From: a virus
IMG/VR virus record: IMGVR_UViG_3300028829_005098
Location: 32,001-96,000 of that record
DNA: 64,000 nt
Strand: one strand, 5' to 3'
In this document: positions 1-9,523 of the stretch, one piece after another
How the letters are laid out: each line of letters opens with the position of its first letter
Position numbering within the stretch: the first letter of the stretch is position 1
The notes under the pieces: generated by a model
Seen by the model: only the letters and a program-made list of their open reading frames with translations
Database searches by the model: none
What the model was told of the DNA's origin: nothing
Program-made: the position numbers and the translations under genes

Positions 1-408
1 TGCGAGAACACCGATAACTGCTTCGTCACCAACTTGAAGTTCTGATTCTCCAGATCCACTTAATGTGCCACTCAATGTGCCACTGAAATCTGCTACGTCT
101 TGTACGACTGCTTTAACGATAAGAGCATTCTCTTGTTTATATCCACCAAGGTCTCCTACACGAACAATAGTTACAACACCTTGGTGCTTTAAATATTCAC
201 GTGCGGTGAATGGTTGATAATATTTTCCTTCAGGAATACCGAATAAATCTTCTAGTTCTGCAACAGTTCTTATGATTGTTGGTGAGTACGCAGGACCACG
301 ACTAAATGGTCCAATGACTGCACCTCCAATCTCAGAAATGCCCTGAGATAGAAATGTATTATCGATTTCCTTTGTGAATACTGCTGGACTTACAATTCGT
401 TCTGCCAT
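1..408 (-). CDS. gp18: Contractile tail sheath protein, 5' part (runs off the window edge)
   Basis: Not in the ORF track; manual translation from ATG at 408 gives MAERIVSPAVFTKEIDNTFLSQGISEIGGAVIGPFSRGPAYSPTIIRTVAELEDLFG, a typical sheath N-terminus (SPxVxxxE.D, GPxxxGP, xFG). AAGGAG Shine-Dalgarno upstream. Confidence 0.9.
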   Translation of the reverse strand, partial: MAERIVSPAVFTKEIDNTFLSQGISEIGGAVIGPFSRGPAYSPTIIRTVAELEDLFGIPEGKYYQPFTAREYLKHQGVVTIVRVGDLGGYKQENALIVKAVVQDVADFSGTLSGTLSGSGESELQVGDEAVIGVLA

Positions 409-469
409 CTGTTATGTCTCCTTTTTGGGTTATGGGTTGAAATTATGGATTTTTTATTAAACTTTATTG

Positions 470-477
470 ATAAATAT
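470..477 (-). promoter_or_regulatory. Candidate late promoter ATATTTAT upstream of tail sheath
   Basis: Same motif recurs in most intergenic gaps upstream of structural genes. Confidence 0.6.
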
Positions 478-516
478 GTTCTGAAAATTTGAAAAACATT
501 ATATTTATCAAATAAA

Positions 517-792
517 TTAACTTCTGATATAGAATCCAGACTCTAAGTCTATTTCCCCATCTCCGTATTTACGTACTATTCTTTCTTTGAAGTTCTTTTC
601 TTTCTTTTCAACCTCTTCATATAACAGAGTATATTCTTGTTCAAAGTTTTCTATTTTTTTACGTTCTTGTTCAAGACGTTTTTTTTCTAAAGAAAGTTGT
701 CCAAATTTTATTAAAACTTCTTGATACTCAGTATTAATCATTAGTATCTCAGATAGTTCATCTTTGGTTAATTTAGTTTCATTTTTTTTCAT
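517..792 (-). CDS. Small coiled-coil hypothetical protein
   Basis: Coiled coil ending KYGDGEIDLESG. Second ATG (792) preferred over 798 because it lies 7 nt after a TATTCT -10 box. Confidence 0.75.
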   Translation of the reverse strand: MKKNETKLTKDELSEILMINTEYQEVLIKFGQLSLEKKRLEQERKKIENFEQEYTLLYEEVEKKEKNFKERIVRKYGDGEIDLESGFYIRS

Positions 793-799
793 TACCATT

Positions 800-828
800 A
801 GAATATCTTATATGGTAAAAAAAATCAA
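800..828 (-). promoter_or_regulatory. Sigma70-like promoter TTGATT-N17-TATTCT
   Basis: -35 at 823-828, -10 at 800-805, 17-nt spacer. Confidence 0.5.
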
Positions 829-841
829 GAAATATATTTTA

Positions 842-2080
842 TTAAATATATTTTATTGTTATTATTTCTACTGATGATTCGTGTGTTGATATTCTTATAT
901 TTTTATCATTTAGTGAGAGTGTATGTGATTCATCTGTTTTCATATAAACCTCAGTTTCACTTTCATAATCAAATATAAAATAATCCTCTTCATCTACTGC
1001 ATCAACCACAACTTTATATTCATTATCTTCTATTACTAATGTATATGAATCTTCGTCATTCCAAATTCTGATTTCAAATTCGTCACCAACATCACCGACC
1101 AAATATAATTCAGTATTTTTTCTATTGAAAATTAAATTCTTTTTAAAACCTGCATTTCTTATAGATTGAGGTCGTGATGACATACTCGGTGTATCGGAAA
1201 TAACTTCTGTTCCAAATAAAACCTTTCGGTTGGTTAGTTTTCTTTTGGTAGTTTTTGCGTTATCAAACATTTCAGGGATCAAATAAGCATTAACCGTAAG
1301 TGAAAATGTTGTATTCACGACTCTATCATCGTCCGATGGAACTTCTACACTATTTGAAAATGTATCTACACCTACACGGAATTTTAATCTTTCAGGGTCT
1401 CCCCAATAATCATTACTTGCCCAATTAATTGCCTCAACAAGTGTATTCATTTGTTGTACATATTCCGTTGTCATTGTAAAATCGTAATTCAATACTACAT
1501 GATCCGGAAAAGTTACATTATGAACTTCCATAACAGGTTTGCTTTGAGTTAATGCAGAAAATTTATCATACATATTCTTTTTATCAAACTTTTTTACAAA
1601 CGGAACACTTAAATGACGATTAAATGTAACAAACGAATCGTCCTTAGAAACACTTGTTCTTGTAAAAATAATCATGGGTTTTTGCACCTGTCCTTTAGAA
1701 TCACGGTAAACTCCATCCGCTTGAATTGCCCCCCATCGTTCAGGAGATGCATGGCGAACTGGAACCTGCAATAACTCACCATTTGCAGAATCAACTTGTG
1801 GATTAATAACATTTACAAAATATTCATATAGAATATTGTCAATATCCATAAGTGTTATTGAATATTTTTCAAACGAAGTATCTTCGGCAGTATCCATTCT
1901 AAGTTTATCAGAACGATTATCCGAGTATTCTGATTTATTTGACTTCTTTAAGTTAGACATATATTTGTTGTTACTTAAAGTTGGTGGACTTGTATTTAGT
2001 TTTGCTTTAAATGTTTTCTCGTCGGATCCAGAAAGTTTTCTTAAAGTAATAAATGGATTATTTACATTATCGTAATTCAT
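842..2080 (-). CDS. Tail terminator / sheath stabilizer (T4 gp15-like)
   Basis: VPVRHASPERW, P-M-I-I-F and HVVLNYDFTMTT-EYVQQMNTLVEAI resemble gp15; position between neck genes and sheath. Confidence 0.6.
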   Translation of the reverse strand: MNYDNVNNPFITLRKLSGSDEKTFKAKLNTSPPTLSNNKYMSNLKKSNKSEYSDNRSDKLRMDTAEDTSFEKYSITLMDIDNILYEYFVNVINPQVDSANGELLQVPVRHASPERWGAIQADGVYRDSKGQVQKPMIIFTRTSVSKDDSFVTFNRHLSVPFVKKFDKKNMYDKFSALTQSKPVMEVHNVTFPDHVVLNYDFTMTTEYVQQMNTLVEAINWASNDYWGDPERLKFRVGVDTFSNSVEVPSDDDRVVNTTFSLTVNAYLIPEMFDNAKTTKRKLTNRKVLFGTEVISDTPSMSSRPQSIRNAGFKKNLIFNRKNTELYLVGDVGDEFEIRIWNDEDSYTLVIEDNEYKVVVDAVDEEDYFIFDYESETEVYMKTDESHTLSLNDKNIRISTHESSVEIITIKYI

Positions 2081-2541
2081 TATATGTTTCTCTCGGTAAG
2101 ATTTATACGACTTTGTCTAGTTAAGTGTGCATTGCATACTAAACTATAATTCTTTTCTGGTTGACCACCTAAAAATTGATTTTCTATTACATTAGAAATT
2201 TCAAAATAAGCATTTTCCCACTCTACAATATCACCAACTTGTGGATAAATGTTTTTAAGTTCACATAATTTTTGATGGAATTTAAATATAGTTCCTTTTT
2301 TAACATCAGGACCAAATCCCTCGTATATTGTTGATTCAGGATCAGTTTCTACCAAACATCCTGTTTCTACACCAGGAAAATATATTTTATCAATTGCTTC
2401 TCCGTATACATTTGCTTGAGTTTCTTGAGCATTTATTTTAAATATTACAACAACTTGTTCTATTATATCACCTAACAATTCACCGTTCAGACTATTCATA
2501 AACCGAACATCACGTCTTGAAAAATACCTACCTCTTGACAT
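2080..2541 (-). CDS. Head closure / neck protein (T4 gp14-like)
   Basis: NVYGEA and PQVGDIVEWENAYFEI motifs; follows the gp13-like gene. Confidence 0.65.
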   Translation of the reverse strand: MSRGRYFSRRDVRFMNSLNGELLGDIIEQVVVIFKINAQETQANVYGEAIDKIYFPGVETGCLVETDPESTIYEGFGPDVKKGTIFKFHQKLCELKNIYPQVGDIVEWENAYFEISNVIENQFLGGQPEKNYSLVCNAHLTRQSRINLTERNI

Positions 2542-2545
2542 CTCA

Positions 2546-3886
2546 TTATCCTATATATAAAAAGTTTGGGACCTTTCTTAAATTTTCTTGTAGATTATCT
2601 GATACTTGATTTAGTTGCTCACTCGTTGTACTGCGACTTGTTACTTCTAAATCCTCCCGTAACTCAGTTATCAATTGTTCTTTTTCTTGTTGTGCTTCTG
2701 CTCTTAATGCATCTCCGTCTAGAGATGTTTCACCACCTGGAATTGGAATGCTTTGATATTTTGCACGAATTGCTCCCAATAATTCTTTGCACAAAGATAA
2801 ATAGTATTTCATTATCCATCGTTTTCCTACATCGTTTATTCCAGAAAAAGTATGAAATTGATAAGGAACATTACTAAAGTCGGTAATTGTACTATCTTCT
2901 GTTGTATTTGATGAAGTAGATGTAGTTGTAGAAGATCCTGAATCTACACCTGTTTGTGTGTTATCAATTACAACGTGTTGGGTCGTTTCTTCAGTAACAC
3001 TTGTTTGTGTCTTTGGCATTGTATTAAACTCGTCTGCATCAACATAGTTTTGAACTGCAGCTATATCTCTTTCTCGTTTATAAACATAATCAAACCACAA
3101 TGTAAAATCTTTTTCAGGTACAGGAAATAACGTAAGTTTATTATTTACTATTTCAAATCCGTATGCACTTCTACGTATTTGTTCGTTAAACTCGATTGCC
3201 TGTAAACGCATTAAGTCTTCGTTTAGAGGACGAAGCAGAAATTGTGTTCCAACAGGAGACATTCCAGCCCAATTAAACTCACTTAACAGATTACTATGAC
3301 TCATACCAGAATTAGACATAGGATCATAGATTTTATTCAATGCAGGTGGTGGGTTATGAAATATTCTTTTTACCTCAATTTTTTCAGGTCTTTTTTCACC
3401 TGTTTTTGCATCTATATAATACTTGTCAAATAATCCTTGTAGGTCATAGGTTTGTACACCTTTTTTAACATTTAGTTTTTGCTTTCTCCAATCTACATTA
3501 CCACCAACACCCACTTCCGCACCATATGCTTCTGATAATTTTAAATAAAACGGAAGTGGTTGTGTGTTCATAACCGTAGTAGTTAAATTTACACTAGACG
3601 AAGTACCCTTTAAACTATATAAGTTTTGCTTAATAGAGAATTGATTGATTTGTCCTGAATATTCTGTTACTGCTTCTTCGTAACAAGCATAAAATTGCAT
3701 ATCAATCATTTCAACATCAACCACAGGGTACCCAAGTCTTCTAGCTGCCCAGTCGGCAGCCCTTGGTGCAAATGCTACAAAGTCCACATCATCATCAAAG
3801 AATCCAAATGGTGTTTTACCTACGGGTGATGTTACAACACCTTCCCATCTTATTCGTTCTAGTTCAGGGTTTTCGTTATTCTCCAT
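2546..3886 (-). CDS. Neck / head-tail adaptor protein (T4 gp13-like)
   Basis: RRLGYPVVDVEM near the N-terminus and KYQSIPIPGGETSLDGDALRAEAQQE near the C-terminus; immediately downstream of MCP. Confidence 0.8.
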   Translation of the reverse strand: MENNENPELERIRWEGVVTSPVGKTPFGFFDDDVDFVAFAPRAADWAARRLGYPVVDVEMIDMQFYACYEEAVTEYSGQINQFSIKQNLYSLKGTSSSVNLTTTVMNTQPLPFYLKLSEAYGAEVGVGGNVDWRKQKLNVKKGVQTYDLQGLFDKYYIDAKTGEKRPEKIEVKRIFHNPPPALNKIYDPMSNSGMSHSNLLSEFNWAGMSPVGTQFLLRPLNEDLMRLQAIEFNEQIRRSAYGFEIVNNKLTLFPVPEKDFTLWFDYVYKRERDIAAVQNYVDADEFNTMPKTQTSVTEETTQHVVIDNTQTGVDSGSSTTTSTSSNTTEDSTITDFSNVPYQFHTFSGINDVGKRWIMKYYLSLCKELLGAIRAKYQSIPIPGGETSLDGDALRAEAQQEKEQLITELREDLEVTSRSTTSEQLNQVSDNLQENLRKVPNFLYIG

Positions 3887-3890
3887 GTGT

Positions 3891-3898
3891 ATAAATAT
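3891..3898 (-). promoter_or_regulatory. Candidate late promoter ATATTTAT, 4 nt before neck gene ATG
   Basis: ATATTTAT-ACAC-ATG, no SD, just downstream of the MCP terminator. Confidence 0.65.
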
Positions 3899-3921
3899 TA
3901 TGCTATATTCATAATCGTTAT

Positions 3922-3954
3922 AAAATAAAAGAGGGGTTCAAAAGAACCCCTCTT
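3922..3954 (-). terminator. Intrinsic terminator after major capsid gene
   Basis: 11-bp stem AAGAGGGGTTC / GAACCCCTCTT, 4-nt loop, followed by a T-rich run on the minus strand. Confidence 0.9.
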
Positions 3955-3979
3955 AAATTTTGTGTTATCCTTAACAGAA

Positions 3980-5485
3980 TTACAGAGAATCTGTACCTGT
4001 AACGGAGAGTTTTCCGTAGAATTCTGGACGAACCATCTTCTTAGCATAACGAGTCATTACTCCACGACGTGGTGTGAAGTTAACTGGATCGTATACCAAA
4101 GGAGTTTGGATCAACGGAATGTACGGAGCATAAACTGCACCTGTTTCAAGGAAGTTTGTTCCACGGAATCCAACAAGAACGTCACCACTTGTCATGTATG
4201 GGTTCTTGTAGACTTGGAAACGATTGTTCAATGCACCAACCTTGGTAACACCCATTGCGAACTGAGACTGATTTCCGTCTGTGTCAGCTGCATATCCTGG
4301 GATACTTTCAAGAACGGTAGCAACTTGTGGAGAACAAACCAAGAAGTTTGCACCACCACGAAGAGTCAATTGATGAATTGTGTTACTCACCTTTTGAATC
4401 TTTGTACCGAGTTTCTGAAAGAATGTTCCCTGGGTTTCACCACCAGTAAGAGCACCGTTTGCCTCAAATGTTCCACCGTCTGTGTGTGCGTTCACGATAA
4501 GCATATCAAGAATTTCCAAATCAATTTCCATTGAAACGTACTCAGAAAGAAGAGAAGTCAATTCTGCTTCTGCGTCAATACTATGATATGCGTTAAGGTC
4601 TTGTGCCAACTCAGGTGTCCAAACTGCTTTCAACTTACGTGTCTTTGCAACGATTGGTTCACTTTTGAGTTCCAAGTTTACTTCAGGAATACCGATGTCT
4701 TTTTGAAGACCTGTATCAGCTGCGTCAGTAGAGTTACCGAGATTATCTTCAAAGTCACCACGTGTGATGTCGGTTGTTTGTGCATGATAGTCAATATTTG
4801 TATTTCCTGTTGCGTCTGCAGCGACAGAAAGATTCACGGTTACATCACCACTTGCTTCGACATTAATTCCTGTGATGCTACCAACTGAAGATTTCCATGC
4901 TCTCCAACCATCAACATCAGCATTCAATGCTTTACCTAGAGTTGTGGTAGCAGTTGTTGTTGCTTCCCCTTCTCCTGCACTTTCAACTGTCATTGCTACA
5001 GTTGCTTGTTTGTCATTGATTGAGTAACCATGACGTCCTGCTCCGTAAAGACCACCTGTTGCTTGGTCGGTTGAACCGAGTTTTGCGTCTGATGTTCCAC
5101 CGAAAAGACTCTCACTTGATCCTTGAAGTGACTGATTTGTTCCATACTTAAAGTCTAAGTAGAAAATCAATCCGGATGGAAGATTCATTGGTTGAACGGA
5201 AACGAATTCCTTTGATGCGATTTCTGCGAATACACGACGAACGAGAGGAAGTGCTACTCCACTCCATTCTTCTGATCCAGAAGATGTTCCTGTGCGTGAT
5301 GCTTCATCGATCAACTGCTTTGCTTGGTTTTCTAAAAGAATGGACATACCACTCTTTTCTGTGTCTGTTGTAATACCTTCAAGAAGTCCTGTTTTTTCCC
5401 ATTTTGTTACCAAACCACGGGTTTCTGCCATAAGACGTGCTTGAGGATTACTACTTTCTTTTAATAATTTACTGATTTCACTCAT
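3980..5485 (-). CDS. gp23: Major capsid protein (T4 gp23-like)
   Basis: LPLVRR, VSVQPMNLPSGLIF, AKTRKLKAVWTPELAQDLNAYHSIDAEAELT, YAPYIPL, FTPRRGVMTRY; AGAGGA SD. Confidence 0.97.
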   Translation of the reverse strand: MSEISKLLKESSNPQARLMAETRGLVTKWEKTGLLEGITTDTEKSGMSILLENQAKQLIDEASRTGTSSGSEEWSGVALPLVRRVFAEIASKEFVSVQPMNLPSGLIFYLDFKYGTNQSLQGSSESLFGGTSDAKLGSTDQATGGLYGAGRHGYSINDKQATVAMTVESAGEGEATTTATTTLGKALNADVDGWRAWKSSVGSITGINVEASGDVTVNLSVAADATGNTNIDYHAQTTDITRGDFEDNLGNSTDAADTGLQKDIGIPEVNLELKSEPIVAKTRKLKAVWTPELAQDLNAYHSIDAEAELTSLLSEYVSMEIDLEILDMLIVNAHTDGGTFEANGALTGGETQGTFFQKLGTKIQKVSNTIHQLTLRGGANFLVCSPQVATVLESIPGYAADTDGNQSQFAMGVTKVGALNNRFQVYKNPYMTSGDVLVGFRGTNFLETGAVYAPYIPLIQTPLVYDPVNFTPRRGVMTRYAKKMVRPEFYGKLSVTGTDSL

Positions 5486-5515
5486 TTTGAGATTTCCTCT
5501 TTTTAGATTGTTTTA

Positions 5516-6829
5516 TTATGATTTAATACCTGCAAGTTTCTTGAATCTGTTAGCCATTTCATCGCCTTCAGATAAAATTCTCTTGGAGGGTTTTGTTGAT
5601 TTTATTGCCTTGGATGCAATTCCTTCGGTCAAAGGATTCTTTTCAGTTTTTTCCTTTTTAACTGTGTGTGTGTTTTTAACAGACTCAGTACGAGAACCGA
5701 ATGATTCACCCAATGTTGCATATACTAATTTTGCTTCACGAACATTCTTTGTGAGATCAAAACTTTCTACAACTTTTATTTTTTGTTCTTCATTTAATCC
5801 AAATTTCTTAAACAACTTATTTGTATAAAGCAATTTTGCATTAAGAAGATTTACTTCATTTAACTTACCTCGCAAAAATTTATAAACCTTGCGGTATTCA
5901 TCATTTTCTTTTTGAAGCTTTTCGTTTTCAGTTTTAAGTTCAGAAATTTCTGAATCACCTTCTGCTTCTTCAATTTTGGTTTCTTCTTCAAGTTCCTTGA
6001 GGATTTCTTCAAGATTGATTTCTTCATCGTCTGATTCATCGGATTCTTCTTCTGCATCTTCTTCTTCGGATTCTTCTTCAGATTCTTCAGATTCTTCTAC
6101 AATTTCTAAATCTATTTCTTCATCAATTTCAGCAACTTTTTCGCAGTTGTCATCTTCGTTTCCAACTTCAGCACTCTGTTTCTTGGTTTCTGGTGGTAAT
6201 TCTTCATCGTCACTATCTGCGATATTTACGTGTTCGTCTCCACCTTTGCCAAGTTCACTTGAACTTGATTGTTCTTCGATTTCTTCTGCTTCTTCTTCTT
6301 CTGACTCATCGTCTTCGGAACATGATGATTCTTCAATTGTCTCTTCCTCTTCTTCAGACTCTTCGTCTGCATCTGCGGATTCTTCAATTGCTTCTTCTTC
6401 TTCTTCGTCTTCTACATCAAGTTCTTGTTCAAGTTCTTTGATGATAGATTCCAAATCAAATGAATCTTCTTCAATATCTTCCTCTTCTTCTTCGTCAGAA
6501 AGATCAAGTTCTGGTTCTTCAGATGCTACTTCTTCTTCATCGGCAACTTCTACTTCATCAGATACTTCAACTTCATCTTCTGCTGGAATTTCTTCCTCTG
6601 CTTCACCTTCGTCGTCTTCGGAGTATGAACCCTCTTCAACTTCATCAGAAACTTCTACTTCTTCTGATTCTTCGTCTTCAAGATCAAGTTCTTCTTCTTT
6701 CAACTTCTTGGTAAGCATACTCTGTAAACGTGGTGCGAAAGCTTCTTCAAGAGCAAGTCTTGCATTTGCAAGAGCTGTCTCACGAACTGCCTTAGCGTCC
6801 ACCATAGCTTCTTTAAGTAATTTACTCAT
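5516..6829 (-). CDS. Prohead core scaffolding protein (gp22-like), highly acidic
   Basis: Directly upstream of MCP; Glu/Asp-rich centre, coiled coil, C-terminal RFKKLAGI; many [LI]xE sites. Confidence 0.85.
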   Translation of the reverse strand: MSKLLKEAMVDAKAVRETALANARLALEEAFAPRLQSMLTKKLKEEELDLEDEESEEVEVSDEVEEGSYSEDDEGEAEEEIPAEDEVEVSDEVEVADEEEVASEEPELDLSDEEEEEDIEEDSFDLESIIKELEQELDVEDEEEEEAIEESADADEESEEEEETIEESSCSEDDESEEEEAEEIEEQSSSSELGKGGDEHVNIADSDDEELPPETKKQSAEVGNEDDNCEKVAEIDEEIDLEIVEESEESEEESEEEDAEEESDESDDEEINLEEILKELEEETKIEEAEGDSEISELKTENEKLQKENDEYRKVYKFLRGKLNEVNLLNAKLLYTNKLFKKFGLNEEQKIKVVESFDLTKNVREAKLVYATLGESFGSRTESVKNTHTVKKEKTEKNPLTEGIASKAIKSTKPSKRILSEGDEMANRFKKLAGIKS

Positions 6830-6932
6830 GGTTAATTATCCTTAATATTGTGTGTTGGTAAAGTCATTTTATGGGACTTCAAATAATTAAAACCTTTATA
6901 TTGTGTTTTTAATGGGTAAAAACATTTTAAAA

Positions 6933-6940
6933 ATAAATAT
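6933..6940 (-). promoter_or_regulatory. Candidate late promoter ATATTTAT upstream of scaffold/MCP
   Basis: Recurrent motif in the intergenic gap. Confidence 0.55.
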
Positions 6941-6981
6941 ATACTTATATTCGAAAATATCTAAAAATATATAAAAATATT

Positions 6982-7012
6982 AAAAAAAGGGAAGATTACT
7001 TCTTTTTTTTTT
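6982..7012. terminator. Possible (bidirectional) intrinsic terminator
   Basis: A7-GGGAAG-ATTA-CTTC-T run; short stem, pairs better on the plus strand through G-U pairs. Confidence 0.4.
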
Positions 7013-7039
7013 GTTAATTAAGTGTTTTTGTGTGAAAAT

Positions 7040-7642
7040 TTAAAGAATTTTCTTATTTCCAAGCATTCTATTGAGTTTCTCTGCCAAAGTAATCTTTGTC
7101 CAATTCTCACGAACCTTGTAAGTTTTTCCGTCAACTTCAAATTCAGTATCACCATCTTCACGTGCTTTTTTAACAGCCGCACCAAATGCGTTACCTTCTT
7201 CTACATCGTCTTCGTCTTCGTCTTCACCAGTAAATTCTTCAGTATCTTCTACATCTTCATTTACTTCTTTCTTTTCTTTTAATTTATATTTCTTTCCACC
7301 TACTTCAAATTCCTTTTCTCCGTTCTCACGGGCTGCTTTTACAGCTGCACCAAAAGCATTTCCTTCGTCTATTTTTTCGTCTTCGTCGGAATCATCTGAT
7401 TTTCCTTGTTTTTTAAGAATTGCTTTCTTAAGTGGTTCAGGAAGTTTTTCTTGTGCCTTTGTAAGACCTTCTTCAACATCTTCCTTATCGTCGGAGTCTT
7501 CGGAATTACCTTGCTTTTTAAGAATTGCCTTCTTAAGTGGTTCAGGAAGTTTTTCTTGTGCCTTTGTAAGACCTTCTAAAAGACCCATTTCGTTTGCTAC
7601 TTCTTCTACTAATTCTTTAAGTTCTTTTCTTGTAATTTTCAT
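7040..7642 (-). CDS. Putative head-internal polyprotein with duplicated peptide modules
   Basis: N-terminal MKITRKELKELVEEV helix; two copies of EGLTKAQEKLPEPLKKAILKKQG and two of EGNAFGAAVKxARExGxxEFEVxGKxYK, separated by acidic spacers. Confidence 0.7.
   Translation of the reverse strand: MKITRKELKELVEEVANEMGLLEGLTKAQEKLPEPLKKAILKKQGNSEDSDDKEDVEEGLTKAQEKLPEPLKKAILKKQGKSDDSDEDEKIDEGNAFGAAVKAARENGEKEFEVGGKKYKLKEKKEVNEDVEDTEEFTGEDEDEDDVEEGNAFGAAVKKAREDGDTEFEVDGKTYKVRENWTKITLAEKLNRMLGNKKIL
7404..7577. repeat. 69-bp direct repeat (7404-7472 and 7509-7577)
   Basis: Two synonymous mismatches; encodes the duplicated GLTKAQEKLPEPLKKAILKKQG module. Confidence 0.9.
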
Positions 7643-7655
7643 AATCGGTGTTTCC

Positions 7656-8366
7656 TCATAAGAACATATTGTGTCCTGTTGAAATTCTTTTCATATTTTC
7701 AAATGCAGTTCCTGATGTAAAGGATTTCTTACCGCAGTTTGTTTGTGGTTTTATAGTTGTTTCTTCTTTTACTACATTATCAAAAAATCTTTTTGATAAT
7801 AATCGTGTTGTGTAATTTAAATCTATGTCGTTCTCAGAAAGAATACTTGCTTGTTTTACAAGATATTCAAATAATCCACTGAAAGATGTTTTATCATATA
7901 ACTTGTTTTCAACAATATTGTTAATATGCTCAAAAACCAATTCACTAAAATTCTCTTTAAAGTCCTGATCTTCATAGATATAATCTATCAATTTCTCGGA
8001 ATTATGTGCATCTACTTCTGTTAAAATATGACTTCCATCTCCACATATTCTAGAAAGTTGTTCACGGGTAGACATATTTGCTTCCATTAACTCACCATAA
8101 AAATCAGGATCTGCATGAAATTCATATGAAGTCATTTCATTTGTATAATGACCACCAAAATAAGAATCACTTTCATGTTTATATTCTAATTTGTTTTCAA
8201 TCGCAAATGTATTCGCATTTTCAATTGTACCTTCACAAACTACATCACGTGCAATACCACTAAAACTAATTGTCTTTTTTACTAACTTACCTGTAATTCT
8301 AGGTGATTCGTTTAATCTTTCAAGTAAAACTTTACGTACAAACTTTTTTAATTCATTTTTATTCAT
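7656..8366 (-). CDS. Hypothetical head-cluster protein
   Basis: Likely start MNKNELKKFVRKVLLERLNE at 8366, overlapping the upstream stop. Confidence 0.7.
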   Translation of the reverse strand: MNKNELKKFVRKVLLERLNESPRITGKLVKKTISFSGIARDVVCEGTIENANTFAIENKLEYKHESDSYFGGHYTNEMTSYEFHADPDFYGELMEANMSTREQLSRICGDGSHILTEVDAHNSEKLIDYIYEDQDFKENFSELVFEHINNIVENKLYDKTSFSGLFEYLVKQASILSENDIDLNYTTRLLSKRFFDNVVKEETTIKPQTNCGKKSFTSGTAFENMKRISTGHNMFL

Positions 8367-8817
8367 GTGGTTCTTCTCCGTGAATTTCAAAATATCTATT
8401 TAATATGTTTCCCATATCTTCGTATAAACTCTGCATTCTTTGTGTATAAACTTGTCGTTCTTTTGCAGTTCTATAAAAATCTTTTGCAAGTGTTTTTATT
8501 TCTTTTAAATTTCTTTTTACACTTATTCCATCGAACCAATCTTCCGTTTCGTTTAAAATACAGGTAGACGCATTTTCTACTATATTACATATATCCTCGG
8601 CAACATCCATGTCTTTTGCCTCAAGTGCTATGTATCTTTGATATTTTCCAAATTTAGAAATCTTCTCAGATGCTAATTTTTTTTGTTCATGTGAAAGACC
8701 CTCATCGGAAAATCTTTCTGTTTTTGGATCATATTCATTGAGTTGTTGCTTTTCTTGTTCTTCTTTAAGAACTTCAAGAATTGTACTTTTTATTAACGAT
8801 ACGGTTTCTTTGTTCAT
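8359..8817 (-). CDS. Hypothetical head-cluster protein
   Basis: Helical ORF directly after the protease; LIKSTILEVLKEE...QLNE leader. Confidence 0.75.
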   Translation of the reverse strand: MNKETVSLIKSTILEVLKEEQEKQQLNEYDPKTERFSDEGLSHEQKKLASEKISKFGKYQRYIALEAKDMDVAEDICNIVENASTCILNETEDWFDGISVKRNLKEIKTLAKDFYRTAKERQVYTQRMQSLYEDMGNILNRYFEIHGEEPHE

Positions 8818-8819
8818 TA

Positions 8820-9449
8820 TTATTCTCCAAATTCTCCAAGAATATCGTGAATGATTGATTCCACCTTACAATATTTTGTACAAACACGTCCATCTGTTAC
8901 TACTTTACTTTCATTTATATTAACCGACTCACTAAGGTTAACAGGTTCCAAGAAAGCACCACGTGTAGATGGATTGCTTACAAAATCAAATGCTACTAAT
9001 TCAAAATCATCATTTACAATTGTTTTACCTTCAGACTCACGAGTTGTTCCCATACCACGTGAACTTATACCAAGTGTAATACCTGATTTAAACAATTCTT
9101 TTAGAATATTTCCAGACGGAGTGCTAAGAACTTCCACTTCACCGACTAGGTTATTGTCTTCCCACCACATCTTAGTTACATTGTGACTTACATTTTGTAG
9201 ATTAACAACACTACTCTCTGGGTGATCTAATTCCCCAAGTGCACGTCTATCATCGATAAGTTCCTTGTATTTTGATGATTCTCTTTCAAGAAGACTGCGT
9301 GAATATACACGACCATTCTGATTCTGTTCAGATGCTTTTTGTAAAATCCCCCGCACCAATAGTCTACCAGAGTTTTTTTCTATACTTTCACTTATTTGTT
9401 CACGTGTGAACTCAAAGGGCATTGTGGATACTATTATATTCTTTGCCAT
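8820..9449 (-). CDS. gp21: Prohead core protease (T4 gp21-like)
   Basis: NQNGRVY, ALGELDHP, GISSRGMG, DFVSNPST catalytic motifs. Confidence 0.95.
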   Translation of the reverse strand: MAKNIIVSTMPFEFTREQISESIEKNSGRLLVRGILQKASEQNQNGRVYSRSLLERESSKYKELIDDRRALGELDHPESSVVNLQNVSHNVTKMWWEDNNLVGEVEVLSTPSGNILKELFKSGITLGISSRGMGTTRESEGKTIVNDDFELVAFDFVSNPSTRGAFLEPVNLSESVNINESKVVTDGRVCTKYCKVESIIHDILGEFGE

Positions 9450-9453
9450 ATCA

Positions 9454-9460
9454 ATAAATA
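9454..9460 (-). promoter_or_regulatory. Candidate late promoter core TATTTAT, 4 nt before protease ATG
   Basis: TATTTAT-TGAT-ATG, no SD. Confidence 0.55.
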
Positions 9461-9523
9461 AGTATATACATATCCATATTTATTTACTTTTTTTAACAAA
9501 GAATTTTATATACTATTTTATAG

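Noticed and set aside
5976-6845. 289-aa Ser-rich plus-strand ORF
   Set aside because: Antisense shadow of the GAA/GAT-rich scaffold gene.
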